Assembly (NCBI GenBank): GCA_902562525.1
Contig: CACETT010000004.1
Span: 1-52,083, forward strand
Length of the DNA stretch: 52,083 nucleotides
Origin: an uncultured Alphaproteobacteria bacterium
GTDB lineage: Bacteria; Pseudomonadota; Alphaproteobacteria; UBA7887
Direction of reading: 5' to 3'
How positions within the stretch are numbered: the stretch's first letter is position 1; the number at the start of each line of letters is the position of its first letter. Shown here piece by piece: positions 29,781-38,688 of the stretch. A program made the position numbers and the translations under genes. The notes beneath the pieces are model-generated. The model was not told where the DNA came from and did not search any database. It saw only the letters and a list, made by a program, of their open reading frames with translations.

Positions 29781-30716
29781 ATGGCTGATGGTGCGGTGAG
29801 GGAGATACATTCGCCGATATCATTGGCGTCTGCCGCCAATCTCTCGGATTACTTTGCCCTATTGAAACCGCGAGTGATGTCGTTAGTGGTTTTTACTGGG
29901 CTTGTCGGGATGTTTTTATCTCCGGCAACGATCCACCCGGTTCTGGCCATAACAGCGCTGTTTTGTATTGCGGTCGGGGCCGGGGCTTCTGGAGCAATCA
30001 ATATGTGGTTTGATCGCGATATTGATTTCAAGATGGAGCGTACCCGCAATCGGCCTATACCTTCCGGTCGAGTGAGCCCGGGTTCAGCGTTGGGTATTGG
30101 TGTGTGGCTTTCCTTTGGATCTGTCACCTTGATGGGCTTGGCGGCTAATTGGGTGGCAGCCGCACTTCTTGCATTTACGATTTTTTTCTATGTTTTTGTT
30201 TATACCATGTGGTTAAAGAGGCGCACGCCCCAGAATATTGTGATCGGAGGTGCGGCGGGCGCGCTCCCTCCAGTGGTGGGTTGGGCTGCCACATCGGGTG
30301 ATGTCACATTGTTACCTATTACATTATTTGCCATTATTTTTCTTTGGACGCCGCCCCATTTTTGGGCCTTAGCGATAACACGGGCAGAGGAGTATAAGGA
30401 GGCTAATGTGCCAATGCTTCCCGTGGTAGCTGGTTCAAGGAGGACTAGAAGTCAAATTTTTTGGTATAGCTTGCTACTTGTGGCATGCTCTTTTGGGCCA
30501 GTTTTTTTTGGGTTTAGTGGTCTTGTGTATGGTGCTATTGCGTTGATCCTAGGCTTAGGGTTTTTGGCGTTAGCCTTCTTCGTTTTTATTTCCGAAAGTT
30601 ATGAATCCTGCCGACGGTTGTTTGGATATTCTATTTTTTATCTGTTTGTTGTTTTTCTGGGATTGAGCATTGACCATATGGTCAGTATATCTTCCCTCAG
30701 TCTCAGTGTGGTTTGA
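29781..30716 (+). CDS. ctaB: Protoheme IX farnesyltransferase (heme O synthase)
   Basis: 'LLKPRVMSL', 'DRDIDFKMERTRNRPIP', 'KRRTPQNIVIGG', 'WTPPHFWAL'. Confidence 0.97.
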   Translation: MADGAVREIHSPISLASAANLSDYFALLKPRVMSLVVFTGLVGMFLSPATIHPVLAITALFCIAVGAGASGAINMWFDRDIDFKMERTRNRPIPSGRVSPGSALGIGVWLSFGSVTLMGLAANWVAAALLAFTIFFYVFVYTMWLKRRTPQNIVIGGAAGALPPVVGWAATSGDVTLLPITLFAIIFLWTPPHFWALAITRAEEYKEANVPMLPVVAGSRRTRSQIFWYSLLLVACSFGPVFFGFSGLVYGAIALILGLGFLALAFFVFISESYESCRRLFGYSIFYLFVVFLGLSIDHMVSISSLSLSVV

Positions 30717-30723
30717 ATTTACT

Positions 30724-30852
30724 ATGCCATTACATGACCTTCATCGGCGGCAAAAACTTAAGAATCTGGCAATTGGTTTGATGCTCGCGGGTTTGGTTGT
30801 CATGTTTTTTCTTATAACCCTAGCGAAATTAAATCCGGAGCCCGGGCAATGA
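30724..30852 (+). CDS. Small single-TM cox-operon protein (CoxF-like), 42 aa
   Basis: 'MPLHDLHRRQKLKNLAIGLMLAGLVVMFFLITLAKL': basic patch plus TM between ctaB and ctaG; ATGA overlap with ctaG. Confidence 0.8.
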   Translation: MPLHDLHRRQKLKNLAIGLMLAGLVVMFFLITLAKLNPEPGQ

Positions 30853-31424
30853 GTAGGGATAAGAGGGCTGTGGCCACGGCGGCGAGCCTTGTGGGGCTTG
30901 TTGTAGGCATGGTGACACTGTCTTATGCATCGGTTCCTTTGTATGATCTTTTTTGCAGGGTGACAGGTTACGGTGGAACTACACAGGTGGCAGCGGGAAT
31001 GCCTCCTGCTTTGGGGAATAGGGAGTTGACGGTGCGGTTTAACGCCGATGTCAATCGTGATTTGCCTTGGGAGTTCGAACCGGTTGATGGAAGGGTTGTT
31101 GTAAGAGTAGGTGAGCCAACTTTAGCTTTCTATCGTGTTACCAATCTCAGCGATGAGACAATCACCGGCACGGCGACCTATAACGTTACGCCTCTTCGTG
31201 TCGGAAACTATTTTTCAAAAATTGACTGTTTTTGCTTTGAGCAACAAAAGTTAGCGCCTGGTGAGAGCGTGGATCTCCCCGTCAGTTTTTTTGTGGAAAA
31301 GTCGATAGAATCCGATCCGGATATGGAAGGTATTAACACGGTAACCCTTTCTTATACGTTTTTCGAGTTGAAGAAGAGAGTGGCTGTGGAAGATGTGGGC
31401 CCAGAGGAGGGTCGACGTCTTTAA
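30849..31424 (+). CDS. ctaG: Cytochrome c oxidase assembly copper chaperone Cox11
   Basis: 'VPLYDLFCRVTGYGGT', Cu-binding 'KIDCFCFEQQ', 'TLSYTFF'. Confidence 0.96.
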   Translation: MSRDKRAVATAASLVGLVVGMVTLSYASVPLYDLFCRVTGYGGTTQVAAGMPPALGNRELTVRFNADVNRDLPWEFEPVDGRVVVRVGEPTLAFYRVTNLSDETITGTATYNVTPLRVGNYFSKIDCFCFEQQKLAPGESVDLPVSFFVEKSIESDPDMEGINTVTLSYTFFELKKRVAVEDVGPEEGRRL

Positions 31425-31487
31425 TGGCGAGATAATAGTTGTGGATATGATTAAAAAGCGTTGGTTCCTAGTAGGAGATTTGAGCTC

Positions 31488-32309
31488 ATGACCGATACCG
31501 CGAAACATCCTTATCATTTGGTGGACCCAAGTCCTTGGCCAGCCCTTGGTGCCTTGGCTGCCCTTTGTTTGGCAGGTGGCTTAGTTCTTTATATGCACGA
31601 GATAGCTGGTGGCGTGGCACTGACTTCTATAGGTGGGGTTTTGACCCTCTTGACTATGGTGGTGTGGTGGCGAGATGTCATTAGGGAGGCTACATATGAG
31701 GGGCATCATACCCCTATAGTACAGTTGGGAATGCGGTATGGGATGGTGCTGTTTATTGCATCTGAGGTAATGTTTTTTGTTGCGTGGTTTTGGGCTTTCT
31801 TTGATGCGAGCCTCTTTGCGGGAGAAGCAAAGTTAGTTGATCGCGTTGCCTTTACTGGCGGAGAGTGGCCGCCACAAGGTGTAGAGGTATTAGACCCGTT
31901 CCATCTTCCACTTCTCAATACTATTATTCTCTTAACATCAGGGGCGACGGTGACCTGGGCGCATCATGCATTACGTGAGGGTAACACAGGGCATGTAAGA
32001 TTGGGTCTGTGGCTTACCGTTTTGCTGGGGGCCACTTTCACAGGCGTGCAAGCTTACGAATATGGTCACGCCGCTTTTGGCTTTACTGATGGTATTTATT
32101 CGTCAACATTTTTCATGGCTACTGGCTTCCATGGAGCCCACGTACTTATTGGTACGGTCTTTCTCTGTGTTTGCTTGGGAAGGTCCTACCGGGATCACTT
32201 TAAGCCAGACCATCACTTCGGTTTTGAGGCCGCCGCATGGTATTGGCATTTTGTCGATGTAGTTTGGCTGTTTTTGTTTTTCTGCATTTATTGGTGGGGT
32301 GGCAGCTGA
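31488..32309 (+). CDS. coxC: Cytochrome c oxidase subunit III
   Basis: 'HPYHLVDPSPWP', 'FIASEVMFF', 'TGFHGAHV', 'AAWYWHFVDVVW'; AGGAG SD before ATG 31488. Confidence 0.97.
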   Translation: MTDTAKHPYHLVDPSPWPALGALAALCLAGGLVLYMHEIAGGVALTSIGGVLTLLTMVVWWRDVIREATYEGHHTPIVQLGMRYGMVLFIASEVMFFVAWFWAFFDASLFAGEAKLVDRVAFTGGEWPPQGVEVLDPFHLPLLNTIILLTSGATVTWAHHALREGNTGHVRLGLWLTVLLGATFTGVQAYEYGHAAFGFTDGIYSSTFFMATGFHGAHVLIGTVFLCVCLGRSYRDHFKPDHHFGFEAAAWYWHFVDVVWLFLFFCIYWWGGS

Positions 32310-32333
32310 GCAAGGCGTTCTTTTCTTAGGAAG

Positions 32334-32711
32334 GTGATGGCCAGAAAATCGGTCAGCCAGATATCTTTGGTTAGGGTCAGTTTAACTTGCAAATGCCCCC
32401 AATGTGGACGGGGGCATTTGTTTGTGGGGCTCCTGGAAATGGCTGAAGAATGTGAAGAATGTCATCTGCAATTTAATTCTGAACAGCTAGGGGACGGGGC
32501 TGCGGCGTTTATCGTTTTAATTCTAGGGATCGTGTTAGTCGGTGCCGCCATATTTCTTGAAACAATGGTCTCCCCGTCCATCTGGGTCCATTTATGTTTG
32601 TGGACGCCTGCAAGTATCTTGGGCTCGATAGTGTTATTACGGCCTTTCAAAGCATTGATGTTGGGTCTCCACTATAAGCATGGATTGTTGCCAACCACTA
32701 AGGAAAAATAA
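32334..32711 (+). CDS. DUF983 family protein
   Basis: 'CPQCGRGHLF..CEEC' zinc ribbon, 'GDGAAAF', two TMs, 'LRPFKA'; usual position after coxC. Confidence 0.88.
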   Translation: MMARKSVSQISLVRVSLTCKCPQCGRGHLFVGLLEMAEECEECHLQFNSEQLGDGAAAFIVLILGIVLVGAAIFLETMVSPSIWVHLCLWTPASILGSIVLLRPFKALMLGLHYKHGLLPTTKEK

Positions 32712-32716
32712 TTTCG

Positions 32717-33436
32717 ATGGGTCACCCGATGCAAGCGTTGCGTAATGGAATTAATGGACGGCTATTCTCGATGCTATGTTTCTCCTTATGTGCGATTGTA
32801 GTGCTTTTATCATTAGGTGTTTGGCAATTGGATCGTTTGGAATGGAAGAGGTCCTTGATTGCTCTGGTAGAGGAACGCCAAGGACTCGAGGTCGCTCCTT
32901 TGAACACACTTTACGGTCTTGAAAGATTTTCTGATCAAAGCTATCGGCGTGTGAGCGTGGAGGGAGTATTTCTCAATGAGCATTCATTTCTTCTTTCGCC
33001 AAGGATATATAGCAAACAATCTGGATCACATTTGGTAACCCCATTGCGGCTTTTGGATAATAATGTAGTGACGGTAGATAGAGGTTGGGTGCCACAAAAA
33101 TATATACTGGAAGGTGTTGATGGCGAGGAAGTGGTTTCGATCCAGGCAACTATTAGGGAGCCTTTGAAGCAGAAGCTGTTTACGCCCAACAACGATCTGT
33201 TGAAGGATCAATGGTACTGGATGGATCTTGATGCGATTTCCAAGAAAGTAGGAGTTACCGTTTTGCCGATTGTGTTAGAGCAAACCCAGGTAGGTGGTAA
33301 AAATACCTTTCCCGTCAGAAATCAGACAGTGGTTTCCTGGTCTAACAATCATCTCCAGTATGCATTAACTTGGTTTGGTCTCGCTTTCGTGTTTCTTGCT
33401 AGTTCAGTCACCTATTTTTTCAAGCATCGTACATAG
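32717..33436 (+). CDS. surf1: SURF1/Shy1 cytochrome oxidase assembly protein
   Basis: 'LGVWQLDRLEWK', 'VDRGWVP', 'NNHLQYALTWFGLA'. Confidence 0.95.
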   Translation: MGHPMQALRNGINGRLFSMLCFSLCAIVVLLSLGVWQLDRLEWKRSLIALVEERQGLEVAPLNTLYGLERFSDQSYRRVSVEGVFLNEHSFLLSPRIYSKQSGSHLVTPLRLLDNNVVTVDRGWVPQKYILEGVDGEEVVSIQATIREPLKQKLFTPNNDLLKDQWYWMDLDAISKKVGVTVLPIVLEQTQVGGKNTFPVRNQTVVSWSNNHLQYALTWFGLAFVFLASSVTYFFKHRT

Positions 33437-33442
33437 CTGAAA

Positions 33443-34360
33443 GTGGGGTTTGTGACTTTCTTTAAATCGAGTTCATTATTAGCGACTGTCTCTGCAGCGT
33501 CGGTAGTGGCAATTTTTGTGCAAATTATGCTGGGAGCGGTAACCCGTTTGATGGGAGCGGGGCTTTCCTGTCCGGATTGGCCCCTCTGCTATGGATTGTG
33601 GATACCTCTTCCTTCCATGTTATCAGCATTGCCGAATTTGGATTACACATATTCGCAGATACTTATGGAATGGACCCACCGAGCGAATGCCGCAGTTGTG
33701 TTGGCGCCCTTAATCTGTTGGATGGCATTTTTGAGCTGGAAGTCCAGACAAAGCTCTCCTGTTTGCTGGGGGCTCGGTGCGTTCGCGTTGCTCCTGCTCC
33801 TTGTTCAGTCAGCAGTTGGTGGGTTTACGGTGTTTGATCGAAATAGTCCTTGGTCGGTGGCAGTGCATCTGTCGTTGGCATCTCTGCTATTAGCTACCAC
33901 CGTGTCGATATTTAAAATTGCGCGACTTGGCGGTGTGGCTGTTGTAGAGAAGACGGTGGCCGTACCATTTTTACTTTCCTTGATTGTATTAGTAACGATT
34001 ATTTCTGGGGCAGTAGTCGCTAAGTCAGGTTCGACATTAGCTTGTGGGGGTTGGCCATTGTGTAATGGCGTATTGGGTCCTGACTTTGAGGATAGAGGCC
34101 AAGTCTTGCATTTTGCCCACCGTCTTCTAGCTCTTATGTCTGTGTTAGGGATAGTTGCGGCAGCGTTCTACATGCGAGCGCTCCGGCATCCTGCGATGCT
34201 TTCAGTTATTCAGGTATTTATGGGGCTTCTCGTTATATGGGTTTACAATGCGGGGACGTTTGGCTCACACGTTCTCGTAGGGGCTCTGCACCAGTTATTT
34301 GCACTTGTAATCTTTGCTTCTTTAATTTGGGCATTCTGGCGCCCCGACGCGCCGAGATAG
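33443..34360 (+). CDS. ctaA: Heme A synthase, type 1 (two cysteine pairs)
   Basis: 'GAGLSCPDWPLC', 'EWTHR', 'VHL', 'LACGGWPLC', 'HFAHR', 'LHQ'; about 8 TM helices. Confidence 0.88.
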   Translation: MGFVTFFKSSSLLATVSAASVVAIFVQIMLGAVTRLMGAGLSCPDWPLCYGLWIPLPSMLSALPNLDYTYSQILMEWTHRANAAVVLAPLICWMAFLSWKSRQSSPVCWGLGAFALLLLLVQSAVGGFTVFDRNSPWSVAVHLSLASLLLATTVSIFKIARLGGVAVVEKTVAVPFLLSLIVLVTIISGAVVAKSGSTLACGGWPLCNGVLGPDFEDRGQVLHFAHRLLALMSVLGIVAAAFYMRALRHPAMLSVIQVFMGLLVIWVYNAGTFGSHVLVGALHQLFALVIFASLIWAFWRPDAPR

Positions 34361-34363
34361 GCT

Positions 34364-35860
34364 ATGGGAATGGGCAAGCCAAGTTCCTATGCGGAACTAG
34401 AGGATCGATTCTCCCGGATTGCGTTAGTGCGGGAGAGTAGCGCTATACTTTCTTGGGACTGGGCTACAATGATGCCGGTAGGGGCAGCGAAAGCGAGAGC
34501 GGCCCAGCTTGCGGAACTAGAAAAAATTTCTCATGAACGTCTGGTGGATCCTAAAATGAAGGATCTGTTGGCTCGCGCGGAGCAGGAGCCGGATGTCCAA
34601 TCAGATATGTGGTTGGCCTCCAACTTAGCTCAAATGAGGCAGCAGTGGATGAACGCGAATGCGTTGTCATCAAAGTTCGTAGAATCACTTGCTACAACTA
34701 CTTCTGCGTGTGAGTTGGCTTGGCGCTCGGCTCGTGAAAGTGCAAATTTTTCTGAGATTATCCCGCAGTTCTCTGCAGTAGTGGACTTGGTGCGCCAAAA
34801 GGCTCTTTCTTTATCTGAGAGTTTTGGCGCGAGCCCATATGATTGTTTGCTGCACCAATACGAACAAAATTTGACAGAGCGTGATGTTGATAGCTTGTTT
34901 TCAGACCTTTTGGAATTTCTTCCAAGCGTTCTTTGCAACGCGTTGGATGAGCATGGTAGGTCGAGCTCTTTCAAGGGACGTTTCCCGATTGGCGCTCAGG
35001 AGCTCCTCAACAGGAAAATTATGGAAATAATTGGCTTTCCTTTTGAGAGTGGTCGACTGGACACAAGCCATCATCCGTTTTCAGGAGGCGGCCCCGAAGA
35101 TCTACGAATTACTACCCGTTACGATGATCAGGATTTCACTTCTTCCTTCATGGCGGTGTTGCATGAGACGGGCCACGCTTTATATGAATACGGCCTTCCA
35201 GAAAGATGGAGGGGCCAGCCAGTAGGAGAGGCCCTTGGGATGGTTATTCATGAGAGTCAATCACTCCTTATAGAGATGCAGGTATGTCGCTCTAAAGAGT
35301 TTGTCGAGTTAATTACACCTCATATTCGAGAAGCTTTTGGGGGCCGTTTGCTTGATCTAGATGAAGATCAACTCAGAGCCGTTCTTTGCAAGGTGGAGCC
35401 GGGATGTATAAGAGTCGAGGCTGATGAGGTGACATATCCTTTTCATATTATTTTGAGATATAGGCTCGAGAGGCTATTGATTGATGGGGAGTTGAAGGTT
35501 GAAGATTTGCCAAGTGCTTGGCGGGAAGGAATGAGAGAGTTGCTGGACATTGAACCAGCGGATGATGCCGCGGGGTGTTTGCAAGACATTCATTGGTACG
35601 GAGGGGATTTCGGCTACTTTCCCACTTATACCTTGGGTGCTCTGGCAGCGGCGCAACTGTTTTCTGCTGCGGTGGTGAAAAATACAGATATATTGCCCAG
35701 CATTCGGGTAGGTAACTTTAAACCTTTGTTGCAATGGTTGGATGTTAATGTCCATTCGCTGGGATGCTCATTATCAGCATTTTCCTTGATTGAAAGAGCA
35801 ACAGATGCCCCTTTGTCAACCAAGTCATTTGAGAAGCATCTTCGGGCTCGCTATTGTTAG
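34364..35860 (+). CDS. Carboxypeptidase M32 (Taq-like)
   Basis: 'HPF', 'RITTRY', 'HETGHALYE', 'HESQS', 'IRVEADEVTY', 'GCLQDIHW', 'GYFPTY'. Confidence 0.96.
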   Translation: MGMGKPSSYAELEDRFSRIALVRESSAILSWDWATMMPVGAAKARAAQLAELEKISHERLVDPKMKDLLARAEQEPDVQSDMWLASNLAQMRQQWMNANALSSKFVESLATTTSACELAWRSARESANFSEIIPQFSAVVDLVRQKALSLSESFGASPYDCLLHQYEQNLTERDVDSLFSDLLEFLPSVLCNALDEHGRSSSFKGRFPIGAQELLNRKIMEIIGFPFESGRLDTSHHPFSGGGPEDLRITTRYDDQDFTSSFMAVLHETGHALYEYGLPERWRGQPVGEALGMVIHESQSLLIEMQVCRSKEFVELITPHIREAFGGRLLDLDEDQLRAVLCKVEPGCIRVEADEVTYPFHIILRYRLERLLIDGELKVEDLPSAWREGMRELLDIEPADDAAGCLQDIHWYGGDFGYFPTYTLGALAAAQLFSAAVVKNTDILPSIRVGNFKPLLQWLDVNVHSLGCSLSAFSLIERATDAPLSTKSFEKHLRARYC

Positions 35861-35863
35861 GAG

Positions 35864-35880
35864 AGGGCTAAATTAGCTCT
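35864..35880. terminator. Short hairpin between convergent M32 and FMN reductase genes (possible terminator)
   Basis: AGGGCTA-AAT-TAGCTCT stem in a 24-bp convergent gap; no clear U-tract. Confidence 0.3.
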
Positions 35881-35884
35881 TGGC

Positions 35885-36466
35885 TCAGTCAAGTTTTTGG
35901 ACAAACAATGTAAGTTTAACGCCTAGATCGAAGATTCTCTGGTGTTGGGACTCTTCACTGAGAGCTCCATCGTCCTTAAAGGCGTTGTGGGCACCGGGGA
36001 CGGATGCTTGGTCAGGGAGGACTATCATCTGGATGTTGGTTAATATCTGCCGGAGTTGGGTGAGGCCCCTTACTCCGCCAAGCGCCCCTGGTGAGGCGCT
36101 CATTATCACTGCTTTCTTCCCAGCAAAGGCCCTAAGCCGTTCTTCTCCGGCAACTGGTCGAGATATCCAGTCGATGGCATTCTTCAGTACCGCCGAATAC
36201 CCCCCATTGTATTCAGGAGAGGCAATTAGAAAACCATCACAATTGATCATGAGAGATTTTAGGTCCTGAACTGCATTAGGTAGTCCCTGCTTCTCTTCTA
36301 AATCCCCATTGTATAGGGGCATTGGAAAATCGGCTAAGTTGATGTTTGTTACTTCGGCACCAGCGCTCCTTGCCCCATCGGCAGCGATTCCTACAAGTTT
36401 CTTGTTCCAGGATTTAACTCTGCTGCTTCCTGATAAGGCAATAATTTTTGGCGATGTTTTGTTCAC
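35885..36466 (-). CDS. NAD(P)H-dependent FMN reductase (ChrR/SsuE flavodoxin fold)
   Basis: 'SGSSRVKSWN', 'SPEYNGGYSAVLKNAIDW', 'SPGALGGVRG'. Confidence 0.94.
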   Translation of the reverse strand: MNKTSPKIIALSGSSRVKSWNKKLVGIAADGARSAGAEVTNINLADFPMPLYNGDLEEKQGLPNAVQDLKSLMINCDGFLIASPEYNGGYSAVLKNAIDWISRPVAGEERLRAFAGKKAVIMSASPGALGGVRGLTQLRQILTNIQMIVLPDQASVPGAHNAFKDDGALSEESQHQRIFDLGVKLTLFVQKLD

Positions 36467-36565
36467 TGTGCGATTGCTCCAATTAGCCCTTGTTTACCTC
36501 TTTAAAGGAACGTTTGAGATAGGTTGAGTTGTTAACTATTTTCATCATTAAATAGGCATATAAGT

Positions 36566-37546
36566 TTAGGGATTGGAAAAAATTAGGCGCAGTGTTGTGC
36601 GGATGTTTCTATATTCAGCACCTTTCATTGTTTGTGCCTTCGACAATAATTGGTGAAATTTTGGTAAGTTATACTGTGGGATGGAAGGGTACATATGATG
36701 CTCCAAATGGTAGTTAACATTATGGGGGAAGAGGTTCCAAATCAAGAATTTGGGGCCAGTATTTGTCCTTGAAGAGGAAAGTGGAGAAATAATATTACTT
36801 ACAGCCCCGTGTTCACAGATTGCACGAAGGCGCAAAATAGCAGGCACTATTGTTAACAAAGGTAAAATCCAACAAAGAATAAAGAATAGAGCTAGTTCAT
36901 TTATGAACGCAAGCGTTCCTGTCGTGATGTATACTAGAGTGGTGAGTGCTAAGTCTTGGTTGCGTCCACGCCGGAGTAAACTGCCAGATAAGCTTGAATC
37001 TAAAGGTAAGTTAGGTGATATCCGCCAAAAATAGGCATAGGTCTTTAGAAAAGTGATGCCTGATAAATCTCGGGAAAGCTTTTTGAAAAGATGGAGAAAG
37101 CCTTCGGGGTAACCGGATTGAAGGGGGAGATCAGGGTCCTCTTTTTGGTAAAGGTGGCTATGATGTTTAAAATGTAGGTTCCTGTAGCGCTGGAAAGATA
37201 TGCATATAATTGCCCCTAAAAGTCTTCCCATTGCATCATTCAGTATCCGATTTGAGAATAGCCGAAAGTGAGTTGCTTCGTGCACTAGGACGAATACGGC
37301 GTGCTGTCGAGTGCCGATAAAAACTAGGATAATTACAGTTACTACCGGGTGGTCTAGATACAAGCAGAGCAAGATAGAGAATGTTAATGCTGTGAGTGTT
37401 TCTACAACGGAGAGAAGGGCAGCCCTGTTGTTTATACGGCTAAGTTCTTTAATTTTTTCTGGTGCTATGTAATGGGTGAAAATGCGGCTCCCTATATCGG
37501 CTTCATCCTCGAGAAATTGGCTGCTATTAATTTGTGACGGGTCCAT
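36566..37546 (-). CDS. Membrane fatty acid desaturase/hydroxylase superfamily protein
   Basis: Three His boxes HEATH, HFKHH and HLEHH plus TM segments. Confidence 0.9.
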   Translation of the reverse strand: MDPSQINSSQFLEDEADIGSRIFTHYIAPEKIKELSRINNRAALLSVVETLTALTFSILLCLYLDHPVVTVIILVFIGTRQHAVFVLVHEATHFRLFSNRILNDAMGRLLGAIICISFQRYRNLHFKHHSHLYQKEDPDLPLQSGYPEGFLHLFKKLSRDLSGITFLKTYAYFWRISPNLPLDSSLSGSLLRRGRNQDLALTTLVYITTGTLAFINELALFFILCWILPLLTIVPAILRLRAICEHGAVSNIISPLSSSRTNTGPKFLIWNLFPHNVNYHLEHHMYPSIPQYNLPKFHQLLSKAQTMKGAEYRNIRTTLRLIFSNP

Positions 37547-37564
37547 ACACCTTTATCCAAAACA

Positions 37565-37894
37565 CTACTTCTCCAGTGTCGTATTATGCGTGTTGTTCTC
37601 TTCATCAGACCCGGGAAGAGCCGAAAATGGAAAGGGAACTGTGTCCACTTCAAAGGAAAGAAACTGCAGGACCTGTGTAAGATATGTATTTATTCGAGAG
37701 GCAAAATAGCGGAGGTTGTTATTTCTCTGCCCGTTTATAATTGCCAGAATAAATTGGACCACGGAGAGAAAGTACACAAATAAAAGGGCCACATAGGCTA
37801 TTAGTCCGAAAAGAACCATATACAGTGCCCTCTGCCACGCTGGAGGGTTAGTGACTATCATGGTTGGTGAGTTGGTGCTCTTATTTTCTGGCAA
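37565..37894 (-). CDS. DUF4389 family membrane protein
   Basis: 'RALYMVLF..VVQF..N.NL..F...Y..Q...FLSF....PFPFS' pattern; GGAG SD before TTG. Confidence 0.85.
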   Translation of the reverse strand: MPENKSTNSPTMIVTNPPAWQRALYMVLFGLIAYVALLFVYFLSVVQFILAIINGQRNNNLRYFASRINTYLTQVLQFLSFEVDTVPFPFSALPGSDEENNTHNTTLEK

Positions 37895-37983
37895 TTCGCT
37901 TTCTCCATCTGCTCTTTCATCTTCTGACTATCATGGCCCCAGGGTGCTAGCTTTGGCAAGGCCAGCTGTGGGCACCTTGGAGG

Positions 37984-38487
37984 CTATAAAGATCTTTTTT
38001 GCTGCAACCCCATTGTTCGGCTAAGTCCCGCTGGTTTCTCTAGTTTCTGGTGGGCGGTTTTTAGCCTATTCAGCTGTTCTAGAGAGGCGTCTGGGATGGG
38101 CGCAGCCCTTCGCTTTGATTGGCTGACGTGGAGAGTTACTAGTTCATTGGTAGCTGCCATAAAGTTTTTTGATTCGTGGTACATGGCATGGGCGTAGTGT
38201 ATTCGTTTTTGATCATAGTCAAAGACAAAGGTATCAAACCTCAATTTATCACCCTCTCTCACTTCTTGTAGGTAGCTAATATGGCCTTCCAAGGTGAACG
38301 TAGTCCCATCAGTTTGGTTAGAGTAATTTTCTCCTAAGCCTAGAACATCGAAGAAGGCATCTGTGGCATGGTCAAATAGTAGTAAGTAATATGCCATATT
38401 GAGGTGCCCATTGTAGTCTATCCATTTTTCCTGGACTTGTTCTCTATGAACCTGAAGCGGCTCGTTATCATCTGTTCTCTGCGACAT
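37984..38487 (-). CDS. Hot-dog fold thioesterase (4HBT-like; resembles carnitine-pathway thioesterases)
   Basis: 'WIDYNGHLNMAYYLLLFD', 'FTLEGHISYLQEV', 'DQKRIH'. Confidence 0.88.
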   Translation of the reverse strand: MSQRTDDNEPLQVHREQVQEKWIDYNGHLNMAYYLLLFDHATDAFFDVLGLGENYSNQTDGTTFTLEGHISYLQEVREGDKLRFDTFVFDYDQKRIHYAHAMYHESKNFMAATNELVTLHVSQSKRRAAPIPDASLEQLNRLKTAHQKLEKPAGLSRTMGLQQKRSL

Positions 38488-38688
38488 TTTTACCGGTTAT
38501 TTCAATGATTGTGGGATGTTCCTATAATTTGCACCATTTCTTTTGCAATGGCATGCATATTTAGTCAAACTAAAGTTCTCGGGAGGCGGAATCACGGGGT
38601 TATCCAGTACAGCAAGGGGCACCATCAGGAGGTCATCTAGCAGGTCAGTATTATTAATCAAATCATTTTTGGTGTGAAGGAAAATGGG

